64,000 nucleotides of DNA, taken from NCBI RefSeq assembly GCF_963921235.1, contig NC_086097.1:18106001-18170000 (forward strand). The letters are read 5' to 3'. Origin of the DNA: Mobula hypostoma (lineage: Eukaryota). Below the pieces are notes generated by a model that was not told where the DNA came from, did no database searches, and worked only from the letters and a program-made list of their open reading frames with translations. Position numbers and translations under genes: made by a program. Numbering within the stretch: position 1 is the first letter of the stretch; every line of letters begins with the position of its first letter. This document shows, piece by piece, positions 11,381 to 24,071 of this stretch.

Positions 11381-14300
11381 CAGCTGTGTTTGATTTATTT
11401 TATGCACGTAGCTGGTCAACCACTTGCTTTCTGAACAGTGGAGGAACGACAAAACGATAGCCCCAGAGTAGACATCCTGCTTGGACTGCGAGCGCCCTCC
11501 ATCGAGCATGGTAAGGTTTTGAGTACAGATCGAGATGGTGCCTGCATGCAACCGTCCCTCGGTCAACATCTTCTGGATTGACCTCAAAGCTGTTTATTTC
11601 ATTTCTCTTACATATCATTTTCATCTTAAATGTGTTTCCGGAACTGTTAGAGCCTGCGATTTGGAGTTTGGAGATCGATTGAATAATCCTGCGCTTTGCT
11701 GTCACCGAGAAGATTCTGGGAAGCAAGTGTGAGCTCGAACATCTTCGTGGCAAAGAAGCTACAAGATGGGATGCAAGCCAGTGTTTGACTCTACTTAGCT
11801 AATGAAGGCCTCCATTATTCGAGGTGAATGCGGAAGTTGAACGAGAGCTCAGCACTGACTACCTGCCTTTTGATTGTTCTTGGTATGTTTTTGTGCAGGG
11901 GAGGGGAGTTTGGGGAGTGGGGTTGATGATCATGATGTCATTCTTTTTTGTGCCGGGAGGGTCCGTTTGCTGTTTCTCTTTGAACTGGCTTCTGTGGTTT
12001 TCTTCCTTTCATGGCTATTTGGAGAAGAAGAATCTCAGAGTTGTATACTGCAGACATACTTTGATAATAAATGAACCTTAAAACAAGGGTCCAGTTTATT
12101 CTCGGTGTAGTTGATAAATAAACTCTTCTCATGCTTCCAGCCAGGTACAGGTATCGATTATAACTGAAGGTTCGATGACAAACTCTGCTATCTTCATCGG
12201 GATGATATTTGTACGCTGCTGGAAAGCCGAGAAGAGTCTATTTGAACCTTTCCATTCAGGAGTTACCACGTCCACCACTTTGGATAGAACAGGGTCAGTA
12301 TGTGTGTACTTCTGACTTACGCAGCAGTTGCCAGAGCTGTAGATTCTTCCTTAAAGTAAAATATCTCTTTCAGGGATTGCCCAAGAGTTGTAACAACTAA
12401 GGGAAGTCTGGATAGTCCATCAGCATTCAAAATGGTGCTCGGACCTCCTGTATTTCACAGTGTATCGTACTGATGTGCAGATAGTAACAGAGCCCAATGT
12501 TACATTCAACTAGCAGCCAGGGCAGGAATGCCCACAGGTGGAGCAAAAATTGACATTAAGGGTTAATGGTGTAAATCGTCAAACAAAGAGGAATTGATGG
12601 AATTTCTTAACTCCAAGCACAATTGTGAGTGCTTCCTGCTCAATCTGAACATAGTGTCTTTCTGCTTTGCTTCATGTCCTTGATGCAATTGATTTAAAAA
12701 ACTCATGAAGTGGTTTCAGTTGCTACCTAGGTTAGGAACAAACTTTGTGTGGTATTTTAGTAGACCCAAAAAAGATATTAATTGTCTTACACTCGATGGT
12801 GACGGTACCTCCCAATTGCCTTCACCTGTTTTGGTCCTTGGGAAGCCTTGAGTTGTCAATCACATGGCCCAAATATTCAATCAAAGGTCGAAAGAACTTA
12901 CATTTTTCTTTCCGGAGCCCTAGCCCACATTCCTCGAGTCTTTGTAGCGTAGCACCCACATTTTGTAGGTGCTCACGCCCATGTTTCCCACTGGTGAGTA
13001 AGTCATCCAAATAGCATCATAACCCTGTCAACCCGCTCAGATCCATTGTTTGCTGAAAAGGTGCGGGAACTGAGGTGATGCCAAGCAGAAGCCTTCAGTA
13101 CCTAGACATTCCTTTGCGAGTCATGATGGTCAACAGCTCCAAAGACTCTGCCTCCACATGCATCTGCAAGTATGCTTGACACATGTCAGTCTTGCCAAAT
13201 GTCTGTCCTCTGGCCTATCCTGCAAAAAGGTCATCAATGAGGGGAAGAGGGTATTATTCAGCTGTAACAACCAGGTTAATGGTTACCTTGACATTTCCAC
13301 AAGACCTTAAAGACCCATTTCTTTTTATTATAGGATCCTCTGGAGTTGCCTATTTATTTACACATGCTGGTTCCAATACCTGACTCTGGACCAGTCTTTC
13401 CAATTCAGCCTCTGTCTTTGGTTGGGTTTGAGGGCATGAGAAGCTTGCATTTGGGTGTTGTGTGAGGCTTAACAGCCAGCTTAATGGTGATTCCTTTCAT
13501 ACTGCCCAGTTCTCTGTTGAATACTTTGTGTGTTTCTTCCATACCTTTTGCAGACCAGTGCTCCCACCAATCAAGTGCACTTTGTGCCATTTGAGTTTAA
13601 GCTGCTCCAGCCATGAGCAGTGGGATGTGCTGAATAACTACCTTTAACATTGTACAGTGGAAGTTTCTTCCTCTGTTCGTCAATCTCCACTTTAACATAT
13701 ACTACTCCCCTCACTGGAACAACTTCACCAGTGTAGGTCTTCATAGTCAACCTTGTCCTGTCTGGGGTGAGATGCTGCAATTTCTGCCTGTAAACTGTCT
13801 CTGACAGCAGCAGTACTGCAACACCTGTGTGCACCTGCATCCTCATTGTGGCCCCATCCAACCATGGGATCACCCAATAGCTTTCTTTGTGTCCGATCAC
13901 AGATAAAACCTGCAAAGCTTCTTCAACCACAGAGAGGGAGTCGCTCAGTCCACTCTCAGTGTGCTCCATCTTGTTCACGTTTCCTTTTTACATGTTTCTC
14001 CCGAAAATCATTTTTCTTTGTTACAGTGTCACTGGTTGATGGTGTCTTTTTACTTTTCCGGGCACGTTCAATATGTCCCTTTTTGCCACAGCTTTAGCAA
14101 TCTAAATCCTTACCCAGCATCCTCTTGATGAATACCTAGTTTTGCCATAACGGTAACACTGATTGCAAATAGGTGTCTTATTGTTAAAGTCAGCAGGAAC
14201 TTTATGAACTTGGGAAGACGCACGTAATAGTTGTGCTTCTTTAGCTGCCATCTCCATAGACACACTAATCTCAAATGCCTTGTGTAACATTAGTCTGTCT

Positions 14301-14400
14301 TCTGTAAGCAAGTGTTTCTGAATTGCCTCACTACGTAGACCATGTATGATTCTATCACAAAACATGTCATTCAGCGACTGCTGAAATGAAAGTGTTCAGC

Positions 14401-15438
14401 CCCTGGTCCTCACCTACCACCCCACCAGCCTCCGGGTCCAACATATTATTCTCCGTAACTTCCGCCACCTCCAACGGGATCCCACCACTAAGCATATCTT
14501 TCCCTCCCCGCCTCTCTCTGCATTCCGCAGGGATCGCTCCCTACACAACTCCCTTGTCCATTCGTCCCCCCCATCCCTCCCCACTGATCTCCCTCCTGGC
14601 ACTTATCCGTGTAAGCGGAACAAGTGCTACACATGCCCTTACACTTCCTCCCTTACCACCATTCAGGGCCCCAAACAGTCCTTCCAGGTGAGGCATCACT
14701 TCACCTGTGAGTCGACTGGGGTGATATACTGCGTCCGGTGCTCCCGATGTGGCCTTTTATATATTGGTGAGACCCGACGCAGACTGGGAGACCGCTTTGC
14801 TGAACATCTACGCTCTGTCCGCCCGAGAAAGCAGGATCTCCCAGTGGCCACACATTTTAATTCCACATCCCATTCCCATTCTGACATGTCTATCCACGGC
14901 CTCCTCTACTGTAAAGATGAAGCCACACTCAGGTTGGAGGAACAACACCTTATATTCCGTCTGGGTAGCCTCCAACCTGATGGCATGAACATTGACTTCT
15001 CTAACTTCCGCTAGGCCCCACCTCCCCCTCGTACCCCATCTGTTACTCTTTTTAATGCACACATTCTTTCTCTCACTCTCCTTTTTCTCCCTCTGTCCCT
15101 CTGAATATACCTCTTGCCCATCCTCTGGGTCACCCCCCCCGTCTTTCTTCCCGGACCTCCTGTCCCATGATCCTCTCGTATCCCCTTCTGCCTATCACCT
15201 GTCCAGCTCTCGGCTCCATCCCTCCCCCTCCTGTCTTCTCCTATCATTTTGCATCTCCCCCTCCCCCTCCAGCTTTCAAATCCCTTACTCACTCTTCCTT
15301 CAGTTAGTCCTGACGAAGGGTCTCGGCCTGAAACGTCGACTGTACCTCTTCCTATAGATGCTGCCTGGCCTGCTGCGTTCACCAGCAACTTTGATGTATG
15401 TTGCTTGAATTTCCAGCATCTGCAGAATTCCTGTTGTT
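14401..15438 (+). mobile_element. Well-preserved 5'-truncated Penelope element (GIY-YIG endonuclease + pLTR) inserted in Gypsy gag
   Basis: ORF 14688-15014 (VIYCVRCSRCGLLYIGETRRRLGDRFAEH...EEQHLIFRLG...GMN); no TSD, and a short stretch of gag appears deleted at the site. Confidence 0.92.
15305..15342 (+). ncRNA. Minimal type I hammerhead ribozyme motif
   Basis: AGTC 15306-09, CTGACGA 15310-16, helix II AGG/CCT, GAAAC 15330-34, GTC cleavage triplet 15335-37, GACT 15338-41. Confidence 0.85.
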
Positions 15439-16644
15439 CACCTTCCCCTTAATTCGTTTTATGAAAACTAAACCTCTCAGCTATAATCAAAGGCTTTAGA
15501 TGTACAGTGGTCCTTTAAGACCTTAACTATGTCTTCATAAGGCTTATCACCAGGCTTGGCAGGTTGCAGTAGACTGCATAATAAATTAAGTGTTTTTGCA
15601 TCCCTCACAGTCAGGAATGTTAGAATACGAATATCATCTGAAATTTGATTTGCCAGTGAAAAATAGTCAAATCTTTCAATATATGGACTCCATTTATCTG
15701 TTGTTTTGTCACGGCCCCATACCTCCAAACACTATTACCATTTTCAGGCACAATCACATTCCAGAAAAGTTAACTGATCTTATCCCTCTCTCTCTCTGCC
15801 TCTCTTATTTGTTTTATTTAACTGTCCTGTTCTCGTTGTCTCTCCTCGGTTCTTCACTCACCACCCTTGCTGCACTGCTTTGCTTTCATTGCCTGTGGCG
15901 TCCTCTTTTTTCACACCCACATTACACTTTCCTTGCCGAAGGGAGCAAACAATCGAAATCATGATAGAAGTTGTCACGTCGTCACCAGTTGTTATGCTTG
16001 TAGTATCAGGAAGCTGGGTGGCCATGAATGACACACACGAGAGACAGAGGGATGAGGAACAAAATGTGCACGCTTTAGTTTACTTGTAAATCCTCCTCCC
16101 AGAATGCTCTCTCACATTACATCATTATGTTAAGACACAGGGAAGCTTGACGGCAACCCGTAAGAGTCAAAATATACACGAATACATGACAAGTTGGCTG
16201 TTAATGTCAACAACACATTAATGTGTGATAAATGAAAGAGACTGAAACCGAACCAAAAGGAAAAACTATAACAGAATGCAGGATATATTGTTAGAGTTGT
16301 AGAAAGAAATTGCAGTGCAGTTATAATTCATGAGCTATGATCAGGAGCTCTTTATTGTACAGGAGGTCCATTCAGGAGTTGTAGAATAGCAGGACAGAAG
16401 CTGACACTGAGCCTGTTGGTACATGTCCTCATGCCTTTGTATCTTCTGCTTGATGGATGTTGGGGGAGGGGGGTGTGGAGAAGAGAGAATGACCAGGGTG
16501 TGAGTGGTCGTTGATTATGCCGAGGCGGCAGAAAGTGTTGACAGAATCAGTGGAGGGCCATTGTTTCTACACTGTTGCAATTGCACTGTTTTTAGTTTAG
16601 GTAAATCAAGCCTGCTAATTCCTGATATTCTTCACTGTCTTTTT

Positions 16645-17035
16645 TTATTACTTACTGTCCATTATGCCACTGGTATTTAGGGCAGCAATGAAGGGTCTCT
16701 GTCTCCGGTGGTGTTCAAGACTTCCTTCATCATGTCAATAGCTTTCTCTGGGTTTTCACTACGGTCATGCAAGTCCCGGGTGGAAACTCAGGAATACCAT
16801 TGGACTCAGATGTAGAATGATTCTTTATTGCTGTTTCCGTACAATTTTGTTCTACCAGTCAGGGTAGTTAGTCCTGAGGTGAACCTTTGAACCTGAAAGA
16901 CTGGTGGCCACTACCCTTTGACCTGTTTGGCATGGGTGACCCTACCAAGAGCCAAAGCGTAAAGTCCTGATTCCAGCCAACGTTGCTCTCTGGGTCACTG
17001 GCGTATGCAGGCCTCCAAACCTGGACAAGGTTGTG
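16645..17035 (-). mobile_element. RTE-related short non-autonomous (bipartite-like) element
   Basis: Minus strand ends in CTTCATTGCTGCCCTAAATACC...CAGTAAGTAA, an RTE-like tail; GGCATGGGTGACCCTACC motif recalled from RTE 5' regions. Confidence 0.45.
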
Positions 17036-17329
17036 GTACTCTTTCTTGAAAGTTCACGGTCTATGACACCAATTATTTTAGGTTCATCTGCAAACTTACT
17101 TATCATTCGTCATATATTTTCATCCAAGGTTCAGGGAAAGAGCTCTCCATTTCTTATGCTAATCTTTATAAAGTTGTGGAAGGAGGCCATTCAGCCTGTT
17201 AATTTCATGCTATCTCCAAGGACAGAAATCGCCCCTTGTCAACCTATTCTTTCTCTCACAGGTGCCCATCAACTTCACTTTGATTCTTTTTCAATAGCCT
17301 ACACTAAAAATACTGTAAGTTACAAATAA

Positions 17330-18375
17330 CCTACACAATCATTCCTACAGTTCTGATCAAAAAGCTCCAGAACCTGCCCTCTGTACCTCCATCTGGAACT
17401 GCATCCTTTATTTCCTCACAGTCTGTGTGGATTGGAAATAATACCTCCACCTTGCTGATAATCAAAACTGGCACACCTCAAATATGCGTGCCCAGCCCAT
17501 TGCTCTCCTATCTCTACACCTATGACTGTATGGCTAGGCACAACTCAAATGCCATGGATAAATTTGTTTATGACACAGCGATTGTTGCCAGAATTTCAGA
17601 TGGTAATGAGTGAGATATATCAGCTTGTTAATTGGTATAGCAGCAACAACCTCGCACTCAGCACAGCAAGTAAAAAAGAGCTGATTGTGGACTTCAGAAA
17701 GGGTAAGATGAGGGAACATCGAGAGATCAGAAGAGGAAAGAGTGAGCAATTTCATGTTCCTGGGCGTCACCATCTCTGAGGATCTGTCTTTGGCATAACA
17801 TATCGAAGGAGTTACAAAGAAGTCATAACACTACGTTTCATTAGCAGTTTGAGGAGATTGGGTGTGCTTCCAAAGACACTCACAATGGCTACAGCTGAAC
17901 TGCGGAAAGCATTCTATATTGGTTACCTCACCGTCTGGTTTGTGGGATGGCTACTGCACGAGAATTGTGAACTCTGTCAGCTCCAGCATCGGCACGAGCC
18001 CGCCCAGCATCTAGGACATCTTCAAGAGGTGATCTCTCATCTCTCATTAAAGGCCCCTATCACCTAGGACATGCCCTCTTCTCATTGCCAGCATCAGGGA
18101 TGAGGTACAGAAGCCTGAAGACACATACTCACTGATTCAGGAACAGCTTCCTCCACTCTGCCATTTGATTTCTGAATGGACATTGAACCCATGAACATTA
18201 TCTCACTACTTTTTTTCTCTCTTTTTGCATTAATTATTTAATTTAACCTTTTAAATATATATATACTTCGACTGTAATTTACAGTATTTATTATTACGTA
18301 TTAAAATGTACTGCTGCCAGATAACAATTTCACAACATATGCCAGTGATATTAGACTTGATTCTGATTCTGATTC
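17330..18375 (+). mobile_element. Old Rex1/Babar LINE fragment
   Basis: GTPQICVPSPLLSYLYTYDC remnant (17425-17613); (ATTCTG)n tail at 18360-18375. Confidence 0.8.
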
Positions 18376-19419
18376 TAAGTACACCTTAGGGTAGGTTGTT
18401 TGTCCATTAACATTAATAGCATTAGCAGATGAAGTTATTCATAAATCAACTACCCAGGAGTGTGGATAGAAATGTAATCCACTACATTATATATGTAATA
18501 TTCGGAGCTCAAGGATAATGCCATAAACCCACTGCAGCCCTGCAACATAGCAGTTAGAACATTGCTTTACAGTTCTAGTGTATATATACTTACTAATTTA
18601 AAGTTTTTTTATTATTATTATATATCACATGTACTGCTGCTGGGTAACAATAAATTTCATGACGTATGCCAATGATATTAAACCTGATTCGGATTCTAAG
18701 TTACCCAAAATAATAAAAACTTTAAATTACAGTAAGTGTATATCTGGCAGAGGGGAAGAAGCTGTTCCTGAATCTTTGACTATGTGCCTTCAGGCTTCTG
18801 TCCCTCCTCCCTGATGGCATCAATGAGAAGAAGGCATGTGCTGGGTGATGGGGATTCTTATTGATGTCGCCATTTTGAGTGATGGAGATCCTTATTATTG
18901 GACGCTGCCTTTTTGAAAATTCCAGCCACTGCCTGTCAGGAGTTTGTAGCTTTGTGGGTTTCGTCCGGGTGCTCCCACTTTCCAAAAACACCCGGTTCGA
19001 GCTAATGCGTTGTGTGCATGTTACGTGAGTACCAGAAACATGCGACACTTGCAAGCTGGCCAGCACAATCCCTGCTGATTTGATTTGACTGCTACACCAT
19101 TGCATTGTCTATGCAACAACCTTGCTCCTTCACACAAGCTCCGCAATATTATTCCCTTGCATGTATCTGCAAAATTACCTTTTAAAAATGACGATTGATT
19201 CTGCTTCCACAGCTGTTTGAGCGACTATTTTCCAGACCATAGCTCGCGATTAACAACAACATCTTTTACCCACTCAGATGAGAAGGGACAATCCTGTAAT
19301 TCACTGTGTTGTGTAAGAGAGAAAGACTTGTACCATAACACACTGCATTGCACAACATCACGGGGTGGTTGAGAGTGCAATTACCCCAAAAAAAGTGTTT
19401 TGTTTATTGTGATACTGTG

Positions 19420-19677
19420 CAGAATAGGCTGTACCAGCCCTTCGAGCAGCACCACCCAGAAATCCCTGATTCAGTCCTAGCCTAATCTCAGGACAATTTA
19501 CAATGACCAATTACCCTATCAACAGTACATCTTTGGACTGCAGAAGGAAACCGGAGCACCAGGTGGAAACCCACACGGTCACGGGGAGAATGTACAAACT
19601 CCTTACAGACAGCAGCTGGAATTGAACCTGGGTTGCTGATATGTAAACTGTTGTGCTAACAACTACACTACCGTGCC
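19420..19677 (-). mobile_element. tRNA-derived V-domain (HE1-like) SINE
   Basis: Head GGCACGGTAGTGTAGTTG and B-box-like GGTTCAATTCC; V-domain GTGCTCCGGTTTCCT...CCAAAGA; CR1-like tail. Confidence 0.75.
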
Positions 19678-19881
19678 AACCCAGGAACATGGGCAGGACT
19701 GTAACCCTTTGTATTATGTGGTATGTCAGGTGTGAGGTTAGTGTCATAAATCATTGAAATACATAGTCTCCTAGAGACACGGACAGTGCTGTAACCCACT
19801 CTATTATGTAGAATCTCAGGTATATGAACAGTGGCATAACCCATTGACAACTTCCCAGGAGGGTGGATCATTATTTTATGC

Positions 19882-20180
19882 ATTTATTTATTTAGAGACG
19901 CAGCGCAGAACGGGCCCTTCAAGCCCAACGAGCCGCACCGGGCAGCAAACCACTTATTTAACCCTAGTCTAATCTCAGGGACAATTTATAATGACCAATT
20001 AATCTACTCACTGATATGTCTTTGGGCTGTGGGCGGAAATCAGAGCACACAGGGGAAATCCACGTGCTCACGGAGGGTTTGTACAAACTCCTTACAGGAT
20101 GCATTGCGGTTGAACTTTGAACTAAGGAATGCCCTGGGCTGTAATAGTGTTGCACTAAGTGCTACGTTACCATGGCACCC
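19882..20180 (-). mobile_element. tRNA-derived V-domain (HE1-like) SINE
   Basis: Same architecture as 19420-19677 with a (TAAA)n tail; further copies at ~8355-8580 (+) and 25651-25788/44812-44890 (+, split). Confidence 0.75.
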
Positions 20181-21405
20181 TAGTGACGTAACACGCTCTA
20201 CCTATCTGAGCCCTAAGGATAGTGCCATAACCCCAATAGAATGCAGATTCCCAAGAGAATGAGTAGTATCATAACCAATGGTATTACAGGGTATGGGGAG
20301 TAGGCAGGGGAGTGGGGAAGACCGGAAGAATTGGATCAGCCCATGACTGAATGGCGGAACAGACTCGATGGGCTGAATGGCCTACTTCTGCTCCTATATC
20401 TTATGGTCTTATGGTCTGATGGTAACAAGCAGAAGACATTCTGCAGATACTGGAAATCCAAAGCAACACACACAAAATACTGGAGGAACTCAGCAGGTTA
20501 GGCAGCCTCTATGGAAGTGAATAAACGGTCACCTTTTGGGCCGAGACCCTTCTTCAGGACTGGAAAGGAAGGGGGAAGATGGCAGATTAAAAAGGTGTGG
20601 GGAGGGGAAGGAAGCTAGCTGGAAGGTGATAGATGAAGCCAGGTGTGTGGGAGAGGTAAAGGGTTGGAGAAGAGGGAGTCTGATAGGAGAGCAGCTTGGA
20701 CTGTGGGAGAAAGGGAGGGAGGAGGGGACCCAAGGGAAGGTAATAGGCCGGTAAGAAGAGGTAAAAGGCTAGAGTGGGGAATAGAAGATATTATGTAATA
20801 CTGTATCCTGGGTTATGACAGTGCCATAGCCTACTGAAATGCAGAGTATCTGACAGCTATGCATGTGGCCATAAACGATTGCATCGCACAGCATTTAAAC
20901 AGAGAGGATTGCATCATAACTCATTGCCTGACCCAAATCCGAAAAGAATGGAGTGCCATAACCATTAGCATAGTTATTTATTCTCATATTGATTACATTT
21001 GGATTCTTTCCCATTGGAACTAATTAAATTTAAGGGAAAAGAAATAGAAAAAAACATTTTTTCTTGCAGGAACACTCATTTATATATATCTTTGTCCACT
21101 AATGTTATTAAAGCTCTACACTTGAACAGATTTAATTATCATACTCCTTTGTGGACAATCTCCTGGGAAACTTGAATGGATATCTACTCTTATTTAATAA
21201 TCTGCTAATTAAAATCTGCTATTGTATTTCTCCTTGGCCTTGTTATCGTGTACTTTATTATAGTGAGGTCCTGTGCACAGTAATAAGGAATGATACTAAG
21301 AAAACTCTGTGGAAATATTTTGCTCTCTCTCTGCAACCTGCATTCATTTGCACTTCAGAAACAACCCAATTAAAAGTTGATAATGATCTTTTTTTCTTCA
21401 TGAAG

Positions 21406-21583
21406 TTATATAACAAGATGGAAATTATTGACCGAGTGGTTGATGGGGAGTATTAATGAGATTATTTGCTTGATGAATGCCCATCAGTCAGAATATAAAT
21501 TTCAGATCTTACATTATCTTCGTTTGATTAGAGGCCTCGGTAATTCAGAGGCTGAGGGAAACTGTGTTGATTTTACCATTGAA
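21406..21583 (+). CDS. Candidate coding exon of an unidentified host gene (YITRWKLLTEWLMGSINEII...GNCVDFTIE)
   Basis: In a TE-free block; CTTTTTTTCTTCATGAAG acceptor; 178-nt open frame (phase 2-0) with an in-frame stop just upstream of the AG; donor GAA|GTAAGA. Confidence 0.6.
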
Positions 21584-22050
21584 GTAAGATCCTCACTATG
21601 ATATTCTTGGAACATGATTAAATATAGTAGCATAGTTTCTTTTTAACTCTTGCTGCTTGCCAACTATGGTTTCTGTTACGCTATGAGTGATCAATCAACG
21701 TGCTTCAAATGCCATTAAGTGTAGAATCTGACACAATATTATGACAATAATTCTGGGAATATAAACTCAAACTGGTTTAACCGATACATTATTGAGCACC
21801 ATTTAAGCAGAAATGCCTAATGACATTGTGAATAGATTTATACCTGCAGTATGCTCCTTTTTTTAAATAGTCATTTTAACACCACACCAAAGAATGGAAC
21901 AGTGGTTTTAACAATCCTGGGATCATAGAGCTTAAGTTTAGGTCCTACACAAATTAAATCACCTTGTTAGATTACAATGCAAAATTACTTACTGCACAAG
22001 TGTGATGCTTTCTCTTGCTATGCAGATTTGTAGTATTCTCATACTTGTGG

Positions 22051-22804
22051 TATACTGTGCAAAACTCTTAGATACATATCTATAGCTAGAGTAGCTAACA
22101 CTTTTACTCAGTTCTGTAGTAATTTTATTTATTGCACTATACTGCTGCAACAAAAAAAACAAATTTCACAACATATGTGAGTGATGATATACCTGATTCT
22201 GACATGGGTCTCTATCGTGGACTGAGAGTGGGAAGGCAGCAGGGAGAGGGGAATTATGGTTGGGAAAAGGGGAAGGAAGAGGGAAACACCAGAGGGACAT
22301 TTTGTAATGACCAATAAACCAAATGTTTGGAATCAAATGGCTTTGCCTGGTGTCTCAGGGCTGGGTGTGTTTGTACACATGTCACCACCTCCCCCACCTG
22401 TGGTAAACCATATATATATATATATGTTGTAACTGGGTTACCTGTCTGGACACGCCCCTCTGCTGACTGCTCCTGTGGCTCCTCCCACAGACCCCTGAAT
22501 AAAGGCGATTGTGCCATTGCTCCTCCCTCAGTCCAGGGGCAGATACTCAGCATGGTCGAGGTCACATTTTACTGCTAATAAAAGCCTTTCAGTATTTACT
22601 CTACTTCCAGACTTTTGGAGTAACTGATAGTGCATCACCACCCCTATCCCTGGCACTCCATCTCTGCCACCTCTCCCACACCCCCCACGTGGCACCCCAC
22701 CCTTGCCATTCCCAACATTCTTTGCTCCTGCCAGACGTCCAAACTCGCGATGGTATATAAATATATATATATATATATACACCTAAGACTTTTGCACAGT
22801 ATTG
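22051..22804. mobile_element. Composite Tc1/mariner-like MITE (copy 2), containing a solo LTR
   Basis: Colinear with 10888-11380; ends CCTAAGACTTTTGCACAGTATTG followed by TA. Confidence 0.7.
22399..22637. mobile_element. Solo LTR (239 bp)
   Basis: TG...CA termini; perfect 5-bp TSD CCACC at 22394-22398 and 22638-22642; AATAAA signals; absent from the other MITE copy. Confidence 0.85.
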
Positions 22805-22806
22805 TA

Positions 22807-23272
22807 GATCATAGAATCACAGCCCAGAAATGGACCCCTATGGTCTTCCTCAGCCATGTTGGCTGCATTGCCTTCCTACACTGATCCCATTTTCCACATT
22901 AGGCCTGTTTCTTTCAACATCTTTCCAATTCAAATACCCGTCCAGATGCCTTTTAGATATTGGAATTGTATCTGCCTCTACTGTCTCCTTTGGCAACTTG
23001 TTCCAGATATTCTCTACATTTTGTACTGAAAACCCATTCTTTAGATCTCCTTTAAATTTCACCCTGTTCACCTTAAACCTGTGCACTCTAATTGTAGACT
23101 CCCTTACCATGGGACAGTCATGCTGACTATTTTTCCTGTCAATGTCAGTCATAATTTTATAATCCTCTATCAGATCACCTCTCAGCATCTTGCAGTTTGG
23201 TGCAAATAAACTCAGCCTATCCAACCTATCCTTATAAGCACAGCCCTCCATTCCAGGCAACATCCTGGTGAA
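22807..23272 (-). mobile_element. Old CR1 LINE 3' fragment
   Basis: ORF 22850-23320 (RFTRMLPGM...RGDLIEDYKIM...WNKLP). Confidence 0.75.
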
Positions 23273-24071
23273 TCTCAGCAGGTCAGGCAGCATCAATGGA
23301 ACAGAGTCAACAGTCAACATTGGGCCTGAGACCCCTCATCAGGACTGAGAAGGAGAGGGGAAGATGCCAGAATAAAAAGGTGCCGGGGGGGGGGGTGGTG
23401 TCAAGAGATGATAGGTGAAGTTCGGTGGATGGGAAAGGGCAAGGGCAAGAGAAAGGGCTGGAGATGAAAGAATCTGATAGGAGAGGAGAGTGGACAATAG
23501 GAGAAAGGGAAAGAGGAGGGGACCAAGAGGATGTAATCTCTTGTGCCACTCTGACCTTAAGGTCTTATACTCAGTACCTCAGTTTATGAAACCAAGCATA
23601 CCCAAAGTTTTCTTCACAACCATGTTTATTTGCATTCCCACTTTCAGTAGGATATTGGCTTGTACCTCATATTCTATATGTCCTGCCAAAATTTGACTTC
23701 CAGTAGATGAGACATTAAAATGTGGTCCTGTCTTTTCTATAGATAGATACTTTATTGACTGCAAAGGAAATTGCAGTGTCACAGTAGCATTACGAGTACA
23801 CAGATATAAATACTAGAAGAGAAGTAAGAAAGAATAAAAATATAAGTCATCTCAAAGAGTCTAACAAGAGGGGTCATCACTTCCCCAGCTCTAGGTTGAC
23901 TCATTATAGAGCCTAATGGCTGAGGGCAAGAATGACCTCACCTGGCGCACTTTGGAGCAGCACAGCTGTCTTAGTCTTTTACTAAAAGTACTCCTCTGTT
24001 TAGCCAAAGTGGCATGAAGAGGGTGAGAAACATTGTCCAGAATTGCCAAGATTTTCCATAAGGAGCTGGCT

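Larger units (their letters stand above)
9412..16191 (-). mobile_element. Decayed full-length Gypsy LTR retrotransposon with nested insertions
   Basis: Related LTRs TGTTA...CA at 9412-9594 and 15990-16191; PBS (TGGTGACGACG on minus) ending 15987; PPT 9595-9610; gag (15477-15728, 14102-14365), protease (13571-13978), RT (LDD, 12822-13010) and integrase remnants (GCLLWGYRFVVP, ~11450). Confidence 0.9.
18430..20970. repeat. Cryptic ~45-bp tandem array with a conserved core, interrupted by TE insertions
   Basis: Core resembling AGTGCCATAACCCAYTG recurs about 17 times; exact 45-nt spacing at 19692/19737/19782/19827 and at 20825/20870/20915. Confidence 0.65.

Noticed and set aside
9408..16195. Target-site duplication for the first Gypsy element
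   Set aside because: Flanks TTAG and AGTT do not match, so no TSD is claimed.
19668..19883. 71-aa ORF with 15-residue periodicity (GY.T motif)
   Set aside because: By-product of the 45-bp repeat; bounded by SINEs and without splice support.
18430..20970. CRISPR array interpretation of the core/spacer periodicity
   Set aside because: Eukaryotic context, no cas genes, degenerate cores, and spacers related to one another; it is a decayed tandem repeat.
21070..21175. Exon after the strong acceptor TTTTTTCTTGCAG
   Set aside because: All three frames hit stops before a convincing donor.
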